A DNA stretch of 64,000 nucleotides, from the NCBI GenBank assembly GCA_964188305.1, contig OZ076886.1; one strand, 5' to 3'. This stretch comes from Podarcis bocagei (taxonomy: Eukaryota). A program made the position numbers and the translations under genes. The notes under the pieces were generated by a model, which made no database searches, was not told the DNA's origin, and worked only from the letters and a program-made list of their open reading frames with translations. Of this stretch, positions 52,401 through 63,329 are shown in pieces. How positions within the stretch are numbered: the first letter of the stretch is position 1; every line of letters begins with the position of its first letter.

Positions 52401-54206
52401 GGAGAACCAGAGCAGCGCACGGAAACGCCGTTTACCTTCCAGCTGGAACGGTACCTATTTATTTACTTGCACTTTGACGTGCTTTCGAACTGCTAGGTTG
52501 GCAAGAGCAGGGACCGAGCAACAGGAGCTCACCCTGTCAAGGGGATTCGAACTGCAGACCTGATTGGCAAGTCCTAGGCTCTGTGGTTTAACCCACAGCA
52601 CCACCTGCATCCTTACCCCCTAGTCATAGTAAGCCATAATTTGAGCCCAATGCCTACTGCTAAATGTAGCCATGGTCATAGCCCATGAAAGAAAGTGCCG
52701 CTCCCAAAGTGCATTTTCTTGATGGGCTTATTTTAAGCAACCAGATGTGGCCCTCAGACTGTCACTGGACCCCAACTCACATCAACCCCAGTCAGTGATG
52801 ATGGGAGATGAAGCCCAAAATCTGGAGGGCCACCCTTGCACTAAAATAGATTGTGTGGTCTTAACAATCAGAATCTGATATAAGCATACAGGAATCTATC
52901 TGTCTGACATTAACCTGGAAGTAACTGCAAGGGTGGCTGAGTTTTGGTCAACAGTATCTCTTAGAGTGGTGAATGGCACTATTTAGTGGGAAGAAATCCC
53001 AATGAAAGAAATCCCATTTTTATATAGTTTATATGTCTATTTATTTGTATATATTTTAAATTTTATATATCGATGTTTTATACTTGTAATGCCTAATAAT
53101 GGTTTCGTGAAGTATTAAGATTCTAGTTGCTGTAGGACGTCCCATACTCATCCACTCATCTTTTTCCCTCTTAACAAGTCCTTGCCAACACACATATACT
53201 TAGTAATAATTTCTTCTACTGATTTCCTTCCTGCGGTCCTTGGATGGAGCACCTACTGTGTTCCCTGACCACAATCTGCTGTTGGCTCTTCTGCGATCTT
53301 TCTGTTCTTCTCACCCAGGCATTCCTAGTTACACCTCACAGGCTCACAGAACCACAAAGTAGATTCCTGGTATGCCAAGTTACTCTAGCATAGCATCACA
53401 TAAAGCTATATCCAACCAAAAGAAAAGTAGGACACACTTCTCTGACAGCAACAGCGAATTACGATGTGCTCCCTTGGGTATCTCATACTGTAGACAAAGG
53501 AGTCTGCCGTCTTGACAGGCAGTAATCACTGATGTGCAAGATGTTTTATAACATTTCAAGTTGTAGGGTGGCTTGGGGTGCACGGCATAGTAAAGTTGTA
53601 GATCCGCTCTTGATGAGCCTTTTTTGTTTGCAAACAGAAATGCCTGCAAATGCCAAAGAGGACCGCCCTTGCCTTCAGAAGGTGCCTCAGATAACAGTGT
53701 CTTCGGGGACCTCCGGCACTTCCTCGCTACTGAAGACATCTGCTTCATTTGAGCAAGGCCCCTCAGGTCAGCTGTCCTTTGAACACTGCCCTAGCAGCAA
53801 CGACAGTCATCTGGAAATCTTGTTAAATTCCCACAGCCCTCTGGGGCGGTCGAGTGAAATCACCCTACTGAAAGTGGGTGAAGAACCACACTTTGAAGGG
53901 GTGATGGAAGGATTTTCCAACAAAGCTGCCGATGAACTGCTGACACCCCACGAGATCCTGCCCACTCCCCTGTCGCCCATGGAGACCCAGCTGTCTCCCT
54001 CTTCTGGAGAAGGAACTGGTTTGCACATGAGCTTCACAGAGTCTCCTTGGGAAACAATGGAATGGCTGGACCTCACTCCGCCTAGCTCAGCCAACGGTTT
54101 CGGTTCCCTCACCACCACTGGGCCCAGCATCTTCAACATTGATTTCTTAGATGTTAGTGATCTCAACTTGAACAGTACCATGGACCTGCATTTGCAACAG
54201 TGGTGA
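17731..54206 (+). CDS. MYOCD: Myocardin, 13 coding exons, 939 aa: join(17731-17785,28619-28684,34607-34662,37521-37596,39496-39657,41673-41848,43232-43357,46023-46279,47657-47810,49034-49984,51043-51156,52020-52077,53638-54206)
   Basis: Spliced translation starts MTLLGSEHSMLIRSKFRSVLQLRLQQRR (myocardin-specific N-terminus) and ends DLNLNSTMDLHLQQW*. All junctions are GT-AG and in phase; total 2820 nt. Confidence 0.97.
20385..20740 (+). mobile_element. L2-type LINE fragment
   Basis: Degenerate LVT...YC.ALYVG...AKFKVLIVTF remnant. Confidence 0.65.
21072..21416 (-). mobile_element. Sauria SINE (tRNA-derived head, BovB-like (ACCTTT)n tail)
   Basis: aaggtaaaggtaaagggacccctgacc...ggggattcaaaccgccgaccttc...cccacagcgcca; highly similar to copies at 38974 and 52261. 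Confidence 0.9.
25081..25215. mobile_element. Short hAT (Blackjack-like) MITE
   Basis: 14-bp TIR TAGGGTTGCCATAT / ATATGGCAACCCTA; TSD not evident. Confidence 0.7.
25256..25559. mobile_element. hAT (Charlie-like) MITE
   Basis: Termini CAGGGGCCAGCAAACT / AGTTTGCCTACCCATG; perfect 8-bp TSD CTTTACAA. Confidence 0.9.
28619..28684 (+). CDS. MYOCD: MYOCD exon 2 (VLQLRLQQRRSREQLANQGIMP; RPEL1)
   Basis: tctcccag| ... CAC|gtgagt, 66 nt. Confidence 0.96.
29230..29420 (-). mobile_element. MIR/CORE SINE
   Basis: aaccctatgaggcaggt..ttattcc..ttttgcagatggggaaactgagactgagagag..cttgcccaaggccacccag. Confidence 0.75.
32094..32321. mobile_element. Imperfect palindromic MITE-like element
   Basis: GTATCCAA/TTGGATAC termini; ATTTCCGCTTGCACA / TGTGCAAGTGGAAAT inverted arms; possible related copy ~59640-59830. 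Confidence 0.65.
34607..34662 (+). CDS. MYOCD: MYOCD exon 3 (PLKNPSPFHEQKKSLERAK)
   Basis: ttgcag| ... AAG|gtaacc, 56 nt. Confidence 0.95.
34874..34922. repeat. (TA)n microsatellite
   Basis: Directly visible. Confidence 0.95.
36676..37390 (-). mobile_element. CR1 LINE 3' fragment interrupted by a hAT MITE
   Basis: tagaattggaagggaccctgagggtcatctagtc[insert]caacccctg...aaattattctcgatgttgagctgaaatctc...gtcctacc. Confidence 0.75.
36710..37232. mobile_element. Young hAT MITE with an internal 31-bp tandem repeat
   Basis: TIR CAGGGGTCTGCAACC / GGTTGCAGACCCCTG, perfect TSD ATCTAGTC, CpG-rich. Confidence 0.92.
37521..37596 (+). CDS. MYOCD: MYOCD exon 4 (TEDYLKHKTRNRPERSELVDMHILQ; RPEL2)
   Basis: ctgtag| ... 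AGG|gtaaga, 76 nt; internal ATG 37581 (MHIL) corresponds to the short-isoform start. Confidence 0.96.
37605..37890 (+). mobile_element. L2-type LINE 3' fragment
   Basis: FKILLLAYKVLN..DYL remnant, then cagggctttcagt...ctttggaatgagctcc...ttaaaacacatttgttt. Confidence 0.6.
38974..39315 (-). mobile_element. Sauria SINE
   Basis: Same family as 21072-21416. Confidence 0.88.
39496..39657 (+). CDS. MYOCD: MYOCD exon 5 (basic KLKRAR, RPEL3 RPGPLELVEKNII)
   Basis: ttacag| ... AAG|gtaata, 162 nt. Confidence 0.97.
40378..40409. repeat. (CA)n microsatellite
   Basis: Directly visible. Confidence 0.95.
41673..41848 (+). CDS. MYOCD: MYOCD exon 6 (GNQANFSKSSDAFAFEEDSS...)
   Basis: ccacag| ... CAG|gtaaaa, 176 nt. 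Confidence 0.96.
43232..43357 (+). CDS. MYOCD: MYOCD exon 7 (DHSVGSENDT...TSAK)
   Basis: ttctag| ... AAG|gtatga, 126 nt, open frame, GSEND motif. Confidence 0.92.
43763..43992. mobile_element. Tc1/mariner (Tigger-like) MITE with repeated TCGCAAGACGAA motifs
   Basis: TIR CAGTGGTGCC(C/T)CGCAAGACGAA, TA TSD. Confidence 0.9.
45244..45352 (-). mobile_element. tRNA-derived SINE with CR1-like 3' tail (internally deleted)
   Basis: - strand: AGCTGGTTAGAGCATGGTGCTGATAATGCCAAGGTC...GGTTGGACTAGATGACCCTCAGGGTCCCTTCCAACCCTGATTCTATGA. Confidence 0.7.
46023..46279 (+). CDS. MYOCD: MYOCD exon 8 (SRF-binding basic region KPKVKKLKYHQYIPP and Q-rich region)
   Basis: atttag| ... GAA|gtgagt, 257 nt. Confidence 0.97.
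46524..47590 (+). mobile_element. 5'-truncated non-LTR retrotransposon (RTE-X/L2-like) ORF2 C-terminus and 3' tail
   Basis: ORF remnant IFQAKVSSQLLFGIPIW...FLRCILGL...YAEL...IKYWLR, then GRYLNIPRNDRHCRC...EHILFYCPLY zinc-knuckle-like motif with stops; AATAAA and (AAGT)n tail. Confidence 0.8.
47657..47810 (+). CDS. MYOCD: MYOCD exon 9 (QPNEQM...LPSNLDDLK)
   Basis: ttacag| ... AAA|gtgagt, 154 nt. Confidence 0.96.
49034..49984 (+). CDS. MYOCD: MYOCD exon 10 (SAP domain, Ser-rich region, leucine zipper, IKQE SUMO consensus)
   Basis: ttccag| ... CCA|gtaaga, 951 nt; [60 protein letters not shown]. Confidence 0.97.
50486..50735. mobile_element. hAT MITE, same family as 25256-25559, opposite orientation
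   Basis: CATGGGTAGGCAAACT...AGTTGGCTCACCCCTG; TSD ACCTAAGC/CCCTAAAC (6/8). Confidence 0.85.
51043..51156 (+). CDS. MYOCD: MYOCD exon 11 (...QPPPYADAVKQ)
   Basis: acacag| ... CAG|gtaaca, 114 nt. Confidence 0.92.
52020..52077 (+). CDS. MYOCD: MYOCD exon 12 (QMTRSQQMDELLDVLIETG)
   Basis: ttgcag|CAG ... GAG|gtaggt, 58 nt. Confidence 0.96.
52261..52616 (-). mobile_element. Full-length Sauria SINE with TSD
   Basis: 12-bp direct repeat CCCCTAGTCATA at 52250-52261 and 52617-52628. Confidence 0.92.
52890..53120 (+). mobile_element. Short 3' end copy of the LINE family at 46524-47590
   Basis: Aligns by eye with 47372-47590 (tctatctgtctgacac..gaagtaactgcaa.ggtggctgag...gaagaaatcccaatga...cttgtaatgcctaataa). 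Confidence 0.8.
53638..54206 (+). CDS. MYOCD: MYOCD exon 13 coding part (transactivation domain to stop)
   Basis: aaacag|AAATGCCT ... SPWETMEWLDLTPP ... DLHLQQW TGA. Confidence 0.97.
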
Positions 54207-57200
54207 ACAGAATAAGCCTTATGTGTGGGGATGCAGCTAAACACAAACAGATTTCCATTAAAGAGACTCAGATACTTTATCAGAGAGCTCTGGTGACAGC
54301 CAGGGAGAAGAAACTGGAGTCAGTTTTCCCAGGACATTCCCCTCCCCTATTACAAATGAAATTGCCAGATAATCTCCCACACACCACAAAGCAAATCTCT
54401 GGCGCAGGAGTCTCCTCCTCAGCAAGCACAGCTAACTTTAGTAGCTTCCAGACCTCTTCCAAGAAAGACTCACTCTGCAGCAGAATTATGATTGGTATGC
54501 ACATTCATTTCATCCCTAACATATCTATCATCCGGATCAGGTTCTGCTATATTGTCTCTTATTGCCTACTGTGGAAAAAAATTTGGTTCACTTACAGCGT
54601 CCATCACACTGCATGGCAGCCACTGCCTTTCCTCCTGATTATATACATGAAGACTTAAAAAAAAAGTCAGCTCACGAAGAAGCCATTGTCAGACCAGTAA
54701 CCTCCAAGCCATCCTTTCACTAAACACTTCTCTCTCTCTGCCCTGTCTTACCAATTTTAAAGGCACTTGAAATAGAAGTAAAGCAATCTGACTTGTTTAT
54801 GTGGTGGGCACTCAGCTTGGAAAGAACATGGAGTAATATAAAAAGCAAGTACATAAATGAAGGATTTTTAATTGACTAGAAGTTTGGGGTGACTTCTATC
54901 AATTTTCTGTTTCAGGGTACATTCCTCCTTTCATAAGTACTTTGCTCATTTCTTAATTAAATTAAAAATATAAACACATCTATAATTTGATATATAGATA
55001 AATCTATAGCATTTCAACACCCACTATTAAAACCAACCATATTCTTATATATAAATATCTGTGAGTGTATCAGATTGTCATGAATAAATTTACAAAAAGC
55101 AATAAAGTAATCGTAACTTACAAAAATGGAAAGGATTACCAGTTTAAATTCTGTTTCAAATTCCAAAAACACTTTGAAGGACTCACATGCCTTCTCATAT
55201 ACCAAATAATTTATTCAGTTTAATAAACAGGCAGTCTTGAATAAATTGATAATATTGAATAATATGTTGCCCAGAGCTGATCTGAAAAAGTGACAAAGTT
55301 TAACAAGTGAAGGTTGCAAATCTACGACTAAGTCTACCATGGTGGAGGAAAACTGGGCAACTTACCCCTTGTAGCCTGAACCTATGGCCTTTGTCTGTCT
55401 TTAAATTAAGATATTGCCAGATCTAAGTCCATCAGTGATGGTACAGAAACAGTCTGGGTTTTCTCTACATGTCACAACAGATCTGTATGCAGTATCATAC
55501 ATGACCATCAAGCTGCTGCTAGAATGCTCACACCTGTTACTGCACAGGGCAGACCCCAAAAAGGAGGCTGCCAGGTTTTCATCTAGGGCAAGGTCAGGCT
55601 AGCTGGTACAAGGCAGGACCACAGCAGGCCCAGCTACGCAGCAACCATTTCCCAGCCCAGAGGCTTCATACCAAGCACCAGATACTCATTATGTTCCTAA
55701 CCAACGCTTTCCTGAGGGCAGACCAGAATATTGCAATGTATCACTCAAATATGTTGCCTCATTAAAAAAAGATGCAAATGCTGCCTGCCTGGTAGGGTAC
55801 CTTTGTTCACATGTGGGTAGGCTTCACCCAGGTGATGACTCCACAGCTATATATACAAAACAAAGTCTGGGTTATGAGCAAAGCACTATGTTGTGACATA
55901 TCTACCCTTCATTCGTTTTAACCGTAGTTCTCCCTTTATACCACAAAGTGAGGGCCCAGCCCTCAGCCACAATTCCAAACTATACTCAGATCCACTTGAG
56001 CAACAGATCCTCACTACACCGCTGAATGTCCACAGTAACAACTGAATGTTATAATTTACCTATACAGTGGTACCTCTAGATACGAACGGGATCCGTTCCG
56101 GAGGTTTGCATCTAGAAGCAAACATAACTAGCGACGGCATGTCGCACACACGCGTCACTTTTCGCCGCTTCTGCACATGCGTGTGACATTATTTTGAGCG
56201 TTTGCACATTCACAAGCGGCGAAACCCAGAAGTAACGCGCTCCGTTACTTCTGGGTTGCCACAGAGCGCAACTCGAACGCACTCAACCCGAAGCGCATTC
56301 AACCCAAGGTATGACTGTAAATGATTATTAGTAATTTCGTTAATGCCCAGTGAGCTTACTGTTTGTTTCCTTGCACATGCCTTCTTATCTTTCATTCTAG
56401 CAAGTTCAAAACCCTTTACATTCCCCTCAGTTTTACTTTTGCCAGTAGACCAAATGCTGAGTGGTTGGGCATAGGAAGCAGATAGTTGACTTTGGTGAGA
56501 GGGGCTGGGGGCCAGATCTTGAGTCTAGTTATGAGACTGACAAAAGAAATGTAGAAGCAAAAGTCCAAACGGCACTTAAAATGTATCCTACTTGGCTCAA
56601 AGCTAGGTGGTAGTTTAAAACAAATTACACTACTGTATCTACAGTGATGGAAAGTGTATTTTAACTAAACCGGTCCCTATATGTCAGGATTTATTATTAT
56701 TTTTAAAAAACAAAATAACTTCTGCTTCCTGTTGCAACCAAATCTGAAAATGGCAGCTGTAGTGCATCATGCTGCAAAATACTAGCTAAGCAGGTGAATA
56801 AGCCTTTAAAACAATAGTCTGCTATGATGTTTATGGCCCTTGAGTGAAACTTTGCTTGAACTATACCGGTGCTATAAATTAATACAGCTTAAGCAGGTGG
56901 TGAGACATATGTTGAAAGGGGAGGGCAGGTACTTATATAGGTACTTCCAAATTGGCAACTCTTAGTTGTGCACAATCATTACTCTCCAGAAAGTCTTTTC
57001 CACACAGAAAAACTTTCCGCACTCAGAGTTGAGGATATAGTACTTGTTTTATGTGTAATCCGCACCACTAGACATGACATAGGCATGAAAGTGGGAAAGG
57101 GACCATTCTGAACGAGCCAAATTAATTCTTTAATTTACAACAAACCACTTTTTAAAAGTTCTATTATATGGTTTACTTTTATGGCTTCTTTAAAAAAAAA

Positions 57201-58910
57201 AGACAGCACTTTTTAAATTAAGATAATGGTAAGAAAACAATTTTTAAAGCAATTTCAATTCTTAAAATTTGAGTTAAATTGTTTTTCATGTAAGTACAAT
57301 TGTGTGATTATTTCAATTCTAATAAATAGGCAAAAGTGTTCTAGCACAAATAAAAAGATGCTTTGAAAAGCCATACTTACAAAATTGTGCAAATGGAAAA
57401 ACTAATAGGGATGGTGTGCTGAAGTAGATGACTAGCAACAGGTTCACCTGCCCAGTATGTCAGAGTGTACATAAAATCCACACAAAAAGGACAGAATAGT
57501 ACTATGGTGATCTACAGCTATGGGGATTGTGCTGTTGTTGTCTTTTAAAAATGGTCTGAAGAGAAAGAAGGAAAAACAGGATAATTTGATGACATCATGC
57601 TGATGTCCCACAAAAAGCGTGAAGCATTCAGCCATAAACACCTAGCATGGAAGCCTGCAGCATCACAAAGCACATTCTACTACAGCAGAATGGCGCCTCA
57701 GAACAGCAAGACAATAGCACTCAACTGAACCAAACAGATACCTTGCAATGCACACAATACCAATGTGAAGAATCGCCTTACAAAATAAACCTCTACTGCC
57801 TCCTTCACATGGTGCTGCACCTCTTTCAAGACATCCTTTCCTTCAACACACCTGTCTGTGATCTACGCTACACAAGCAGCAATCTCATTGACATCATATT
57901 CAACCTTTTAATTGCCTAAGGCTTGTGAAAAGAAGCTCCCATTTACAGTATTGTGACACAGAACTAACCGCACAGGATGCTCAAGTCCACAATATCTTCG
58001 TGCCTTAGCCATTGCTTTTTTCTGGATTTCCTGCCCAGCCTCACCTGTAGTGCAGGGAGCAGAGTGAAAATCCCATGCAAGGTCTTCCAGAGAACGGCTA
58101 TGAATCCACATCCAAAGAGGAGGAGCTTGTTCTCCTTGGCTAGCTGGGTACTTTGCAGTATTGGCCAATTCATCAGTGTTTTTATTCTGTAAACCTCTGT
58201 GCACTGCAATTCAGAAAGGTCGCACAGTATGGAAGGGCATGTGTAAGAAACAGTTTGTGGCTGCTTTGGACGGATCTGGCCATTTCCTGAAACTGTGTAA
58301 AAATATTGCAAACCAAAGCTAATTACAAAACTATTTACCAAATGAGTGTATTTAATATTGTGTTACTGGAAGGAGTTGTTGGAAATCAAGACAGTACAAA
58401 AAGGACCACCTGCCCTCGTGTGTCTTCTTGGCTGAAGAACAGCCTGGACCAGGAGAGCTGTCTCTGCAGACCTCAATATGGGTGACTAAACGTCTGAGGT
58501 CAAGTAGGGGAAGAACGAACAACTGGTTTTAATATTGCTGCATGTTGTATAAAAAAATGTTAAGTTTTTTTATAAGGTCACTATTTAAAGCATGAATTTT
58601 CTATTGTACAAATGTTCACACAGTGCACTGGTAGGATAGAACAATCCTTCACATGCTTGTTTTCTTTTACTTAATTTTAATATGCAAAAAGTTAGAAGTC
58701 ATTCCATTGAGGCTTTTTAATAGCACTTGAATACAGACTAGTTTTAGGTGCTACACTGCCATGCGGTACAGGGCTTTTTATCCTTATTTAAAGGGATGCT
58801 GTCAACTATATATATATATTAAAAAAAACCACACTGTAAATAAACACAATGCCTTACCTCTGTGATCAGCACTGCCGTACTTAATTAAAAGACTCCCTGT
58901 GATGTCACAC
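54207..58910 (+). other. MYOCD: Probable MYOCD 3' UTR; proximal PAS cluster 55083-55245, distal PAS AATAAA 58839-58844 / ATTAAA 58884-58889
   Basis: PAS hexamers; distal site followed by a GT/T-rich tract; true end not determinable. Confidence 0.5.
56065..56317. mobile_element. Tc1/mariner (Tigger-like) MITE in the probable 3' UTR
   Basis: CAGTGGTACCTC...AGGTATGACTG with TA TSD. Confidence 0.8.
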
Positions 58911-60094
58911 TGAGTGCTTGTTTTGCAGTTATTTTGTCATGTGCAAGCTTTAACAATAGTAGATATTCCAAGATTTCTTCCATAAAACCTGGCCAGCCTG
59001 GACTAGTTTATCTCTCATTTCACCTTTGCAAGCCACTATGTGCAGAAAGTTAGGCAGAAAGTCAGTAATTTGTTCAGTGAACTTCAAAGACAGGTCAAAT
59101 CGCAGCTTCTTGTCATTTAACTGCTAAAGGAGAAGTGAAAAATGCAATCTCCCCCTCTGGTCTACAAAATAAAATCTTTTTTTTAAAAAAACAAATGCCT
59201 CCCCCCACCCACCCCAAATGATAGAAATGGAAGAGGCTGGTAATGGTCTGGAGAATGTATGAGAATTTAGTTTAAAATGATTTCAATGAATTTATTGAAA
59301 CCAGTAACACAAAAATACAAAACAGATGGAACAAGAAACAAAAGTCCCAAATGGCAGCTACCTTGTTGGGCAGGGCTACTGATGAGAAAGATCTTTTGTG
59401 TTAAATTGCAAATATAACATAAATCAGCAACGTGATGCTGTTGCCCAAAAGGCAAATTCAAATCTAGGGTGCACAAGTGTTATACGCCATGCATGACCCA
59501 AGTAACTGGGTCATTCATGTGGTAATGTCAGACCTCAAATACAGTAGTAGCTAAAGATGAAAAATATTATCCAATGATTTCTCCCATACGCTGATAGAAA
59601 GCTCTTTGATCCAGCAAAGGCTTCCAGGGGCAGAACGGGATGAGAGGCAATTTTTGGCAATTACTCATTCCAACCTGAAGTCCCCTAAAACATACTCCAT
59701 AGGGTTGGGGGAACCCTTCAGAAGAGTGCGTGAGATGGCGTAGGAGACTGTGGGGGAATAACAAAAAGCACACCCCTCCCCATTCTACTGATGGAAGCTC
59801 TGCTAGATTAAAAAGCTTGCAGTCAGCATGGGGGTACCACTGTGTAAAATGCATAGACAGCAAACAAAGTAATTGGTTCAGGGGAGTAAAAAAATTGTTT
59901 CAAGGTCAAACAATGGTCAGGATCAGCTGAGCCTCTTGTATTTCAGGGGCTCTTCCTCAAAGTCCCACCATCCCTTTTGGTCCTTCTTGCAAACATCAAT
60001 AAATAGGAAAACTTGGCCAGAGAAAGGTGGCGTTTTTAAATTTCATTTTGCATTTATTCATTTCCCCATCATCATGTCTGAGCTTATAGCAAGA

Positions 60095-62519
60095 TCATAT
60101 TCGGATCCTTGATTTATTACAACTGACCTGCAGGTGGGGGGTGGGGGAGAACCTATTACATTAACACTTTGATTCCATGTAGAGTACTTTAAATAGAAGA
60201 GGAATTCAAACCAGGAGAGGATAAAATAGTTGGAAGCTCTTAGAAGCTATCATGTTGTCAAACTCCATTTTACTTACAGACAATAAGGCAATATCCCCTG
60301 CACATCAGCTTCTCAATAAACTTTACATTTTTTTCTATGGTACAAGAAAAAAATTAAACCAGAGCTCACAATGTACAGTTCTTACACTATTTTCACAGCT
60401 TCTGAACACTATACATCTTTATAAACATATACTGTAATATAAATGCTGCACCCTTAATATATCAATCTATGATTAATATGCTAGAACAGTCAGTTTCTCT
60501 CAGACATCCACTGAGCCTGAATAGGAGCTACCTCCATTTGCGGTTGACTGAATGGAAATGCGCTGCTAACATACATGAGGATAGAATGCAAGATGAAAGT
60601 GGCTCTAATTACTGTTCAATTTTCGGCAGGCACAAAGAGGAAAAGCCAGGAGATAGGCATATAGAGGTTGGGAACATCTGGATGAGGTTGAAAATCTTCC
60701 ACCTGAGTGGATTACAATGAATAATTACTACATTAAAACAGTCCCAACCAGGGACTTTGCCTACCATTGGGCAAGTGAAACAGTCGCTCAGGTGGTGGGT
60801 GCTTACCTGGCAGTTTGGTCAGCTTCTGCACTTGTCATTTGCCTCAGGCAGCAAAATGTCTTGGAGTGGCCCTGGTCCCAACTGGTTCCCATTTCAATAC
60901 ATTATCTCTTATGGTGTTGACCAAGTTTTTGCCCCCAAATCCTATTAATCAGCTGGTATACTAGAGAAAATTAAGTTAACTGGTTATAGTAACAGAGTCT
61001 TGTTATCGCTGACCCACTCAATGGTAAAGCTTAATTCCCTTACAATTCTAGTATTACATGTTAAATAGTGACAGTTACTGAGATTACAAATAACTTTGGA
61101 TTTTAAAAAGCACCACTTCCTCCCCCTTGTGACTTAGAAGACAAGATCAAACTGGATGCAGTTGAGATGACAATAAAATTGTTTAAAGGGCTCCCCCCCT
61201 ACCCCCTGTCTGGCAATATAACCTCTGGGTTTCCTTTTTTCTGCCACATGCTTTTAAGAACTTCACATTCCAGTTCTCTTAGTTACCATTGTGTTAGGAA
61301 ATTCTTCTAATAAACGAATTCATCCAAAAAATGAAAGCAAACATATTTAGCATCCTCTTTGTAATGATTTTGGAAGCCCAACTATCCAACTGATGGGGAC
61401 GTGGGGAGCTTATTTGATCTGATGGTTAATATCAGAAATCCAAGTCATACCTGGAGCTCTGTGGGAAGTTTCTATGCAACTGGAAAACATGAGAAGTTTG
61501 ATGGAGATAAATTACAAATAATTATTAACAATGTAAAATAGCTCTTCACAACTGCAAACTGTCCCGTACCCTTTCAATGGTGAAAGTTTAGCCATGAGTT
61601 GGAAATCAGGGGTCACAAGCCAGTTAAATTCAACTGAGTAGTTTAATAATTCCTCAGGTAAAAGTCTTATCTCACCAGGTAACAATTTACAGGACACCTA
61701 GTTCTACTGAAGAGTGGCTTGCTTGGAAAATGAAACAATACATTATTCTCCATGAGTTCAAACTCATACTCTCATGAGTTTAATTGTTAGCTCCTTTCAA
61801 AGCAATGCAATGCATTTTTATTTTTATTTTTTGGTAAAGACATAGTCCATTTTACATGATCACTTCTTTCTCCCTCCGAAAAATGAAGTTCTGCTGAGCC
61901 ACAATTGTCTTCAAAACATATACTGTGACTGAAAAGCAACAGAATTTCAAATCAATTAATCTATTGCACTTTGTGAAGAAATATATTTATATATATATTT
62001 ATATATTATCCCCTCTTTGCCTTTGTTGGCTTCAGAAGGTAAAAGTAGCTCATTTGGCTGCATAAAAGTTTCTTTCTCCCCAAGCAGTTTATGTTCAGAA
62101 TCAGATAGGCCAATGCCTAACTTCCTTTCTTTTATATTATCTGTAACAATTGGAAGAGTTTGAGAGAATAAAATCATTCCAGTAGCTGCTGAGAAGTCTC
62201 TGAGTCTAGAAATTAACTTTAGGTGCTATCCAATCATGGTCAACAAATAAAATGTTACTTATTTCCACGTTTTATGAATATGTCCACAAAAAGAGCAAAA
62301 TGAGGTCTCTCTTTGACTGACACTAACACTGTGATCAGGTATTATTACATGGATGCACTTTATAAGTGACAATAATATACAGACAGAATGGAAGAAAAAC
62401 ACCAACATTATTGCACATGGTGTCTGGGCGAGCGTTAAAACACTGCAATACGGGGTGAAGATTCTGTACATCTTGCTTTTTCTCAGCATTTGCACTAGAG
62501 TTTTGATGTAGCAGCAGTA
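60095..62519 (-). other. MAP2K4: MAP2K4 3' UTR; main PAS AATAAA at 60113-60118 (- strand)
   Basis: Follows the MAP2K4 stop; - strand CTGCAGGTCAGTTGTAATAAATC and GTGAAAATAGTGTAAGAACTGTACATTGTGAGCTCTGG match my recollection of the mammalian MAP2K4 mRNA end. Confidence 0.7.
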
Positions 62520-62633
62520 TCAATCGACATACATTGGAGAGCTCGGAGTCGTTGGCATTTGATCCAGGATTTTACAAACATAGCACGCAACGTCCACTGT
62601 TCGCTCCTCATACATTAGGATGAAGGGATGTTT
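62520..62633 (-). CDS. MAP2K4: MAP2K4 (MKK4) last coding exon KHPFILMYEERTVDVACYVCKILDQMPTTPSSPMYVD*
   Basis: Acceptor ttctaccag| on the - strand; peptide matches the MKK4 C-terminus (DVD docking region). Confidence 0.96.
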   Translation of the reverse strand, partial: KHPFILMYEERTVDVACYVCKILDQMPTTPSSPMYVD

Positions 62634-63139
62634 CTGGTAGAAGAGAAGGGAACAAAATATAGTCTCACTTTTGGAGCACAGAAGGTGCCTCCAGAAGACG
62701 TGTGTGCTCCCAAAGGTACTTCCATGCAACTTAACACTTCAGGTGTTATGAGTTGCTGCGCTGAGGTACCAGCTCACTAGATTCAGTAGAAGGGGTCCAA
62801 GCATCAACATGGGCATATACACACAGAGAAGGCAGGTGGGGTACAGTATATCCCTTGGCCTTACATTTAGGAGGAAATGGATAACTGGTGAAGCAGACAA
62901 ATCCCAAAATCAAATTTTAATTATACCAATTAAATATGCCGTGCAATTGCCAAAAAACTTTAATTCTCTAGATACACAACACAACCCCTGAACAAACTAA
63001 ATGTGGGCTTGCTTCATTGCTCACCACAGCAAAAGACAAAGTAGCAAGCCCGGCCTCACTGTTTGCACTAAACAAGTAGAATGTAGCTCATATCTCACAA
63101 AATGGGAATAGCAATGGTGCTGCTACAGAATGCCTAATA

Positions 63140-63191
63140 ATCTGTGGGAAGCTGCCCAGAGTGCCTGGGGCAACCCAGTCAGATGGATGGG

Positions 63192-63236
<45 letters not shown>
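63140..63236 (+). mobile_element. LINE 3' end with (AAT)n tail
   Basis: gggaagctgcccagagtgcctggggcaacccagtcagatggatgggg followed by (AAT)n. Confidence 0.7.
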
Positions 63237-63238
<2 letters not shown>

Positions 63239-63329
63239 TACCAAGCTTCAAAGGAGTTAAAAGTCTTTAAAGTCCTTAAAGTCTTAGCCAGTTCTAGTCT
63301 CATGCATTCACATATCCCATCATACTCAC

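Noticed and set aside
17731-54206. MRTFA/MRTFB instead of MYOCD
   Set aside because: The MTLLGSEHS N-terminus, DLHLQQW C-terminus, exon sizes and MAP2K4 linkage are myocardin-specific
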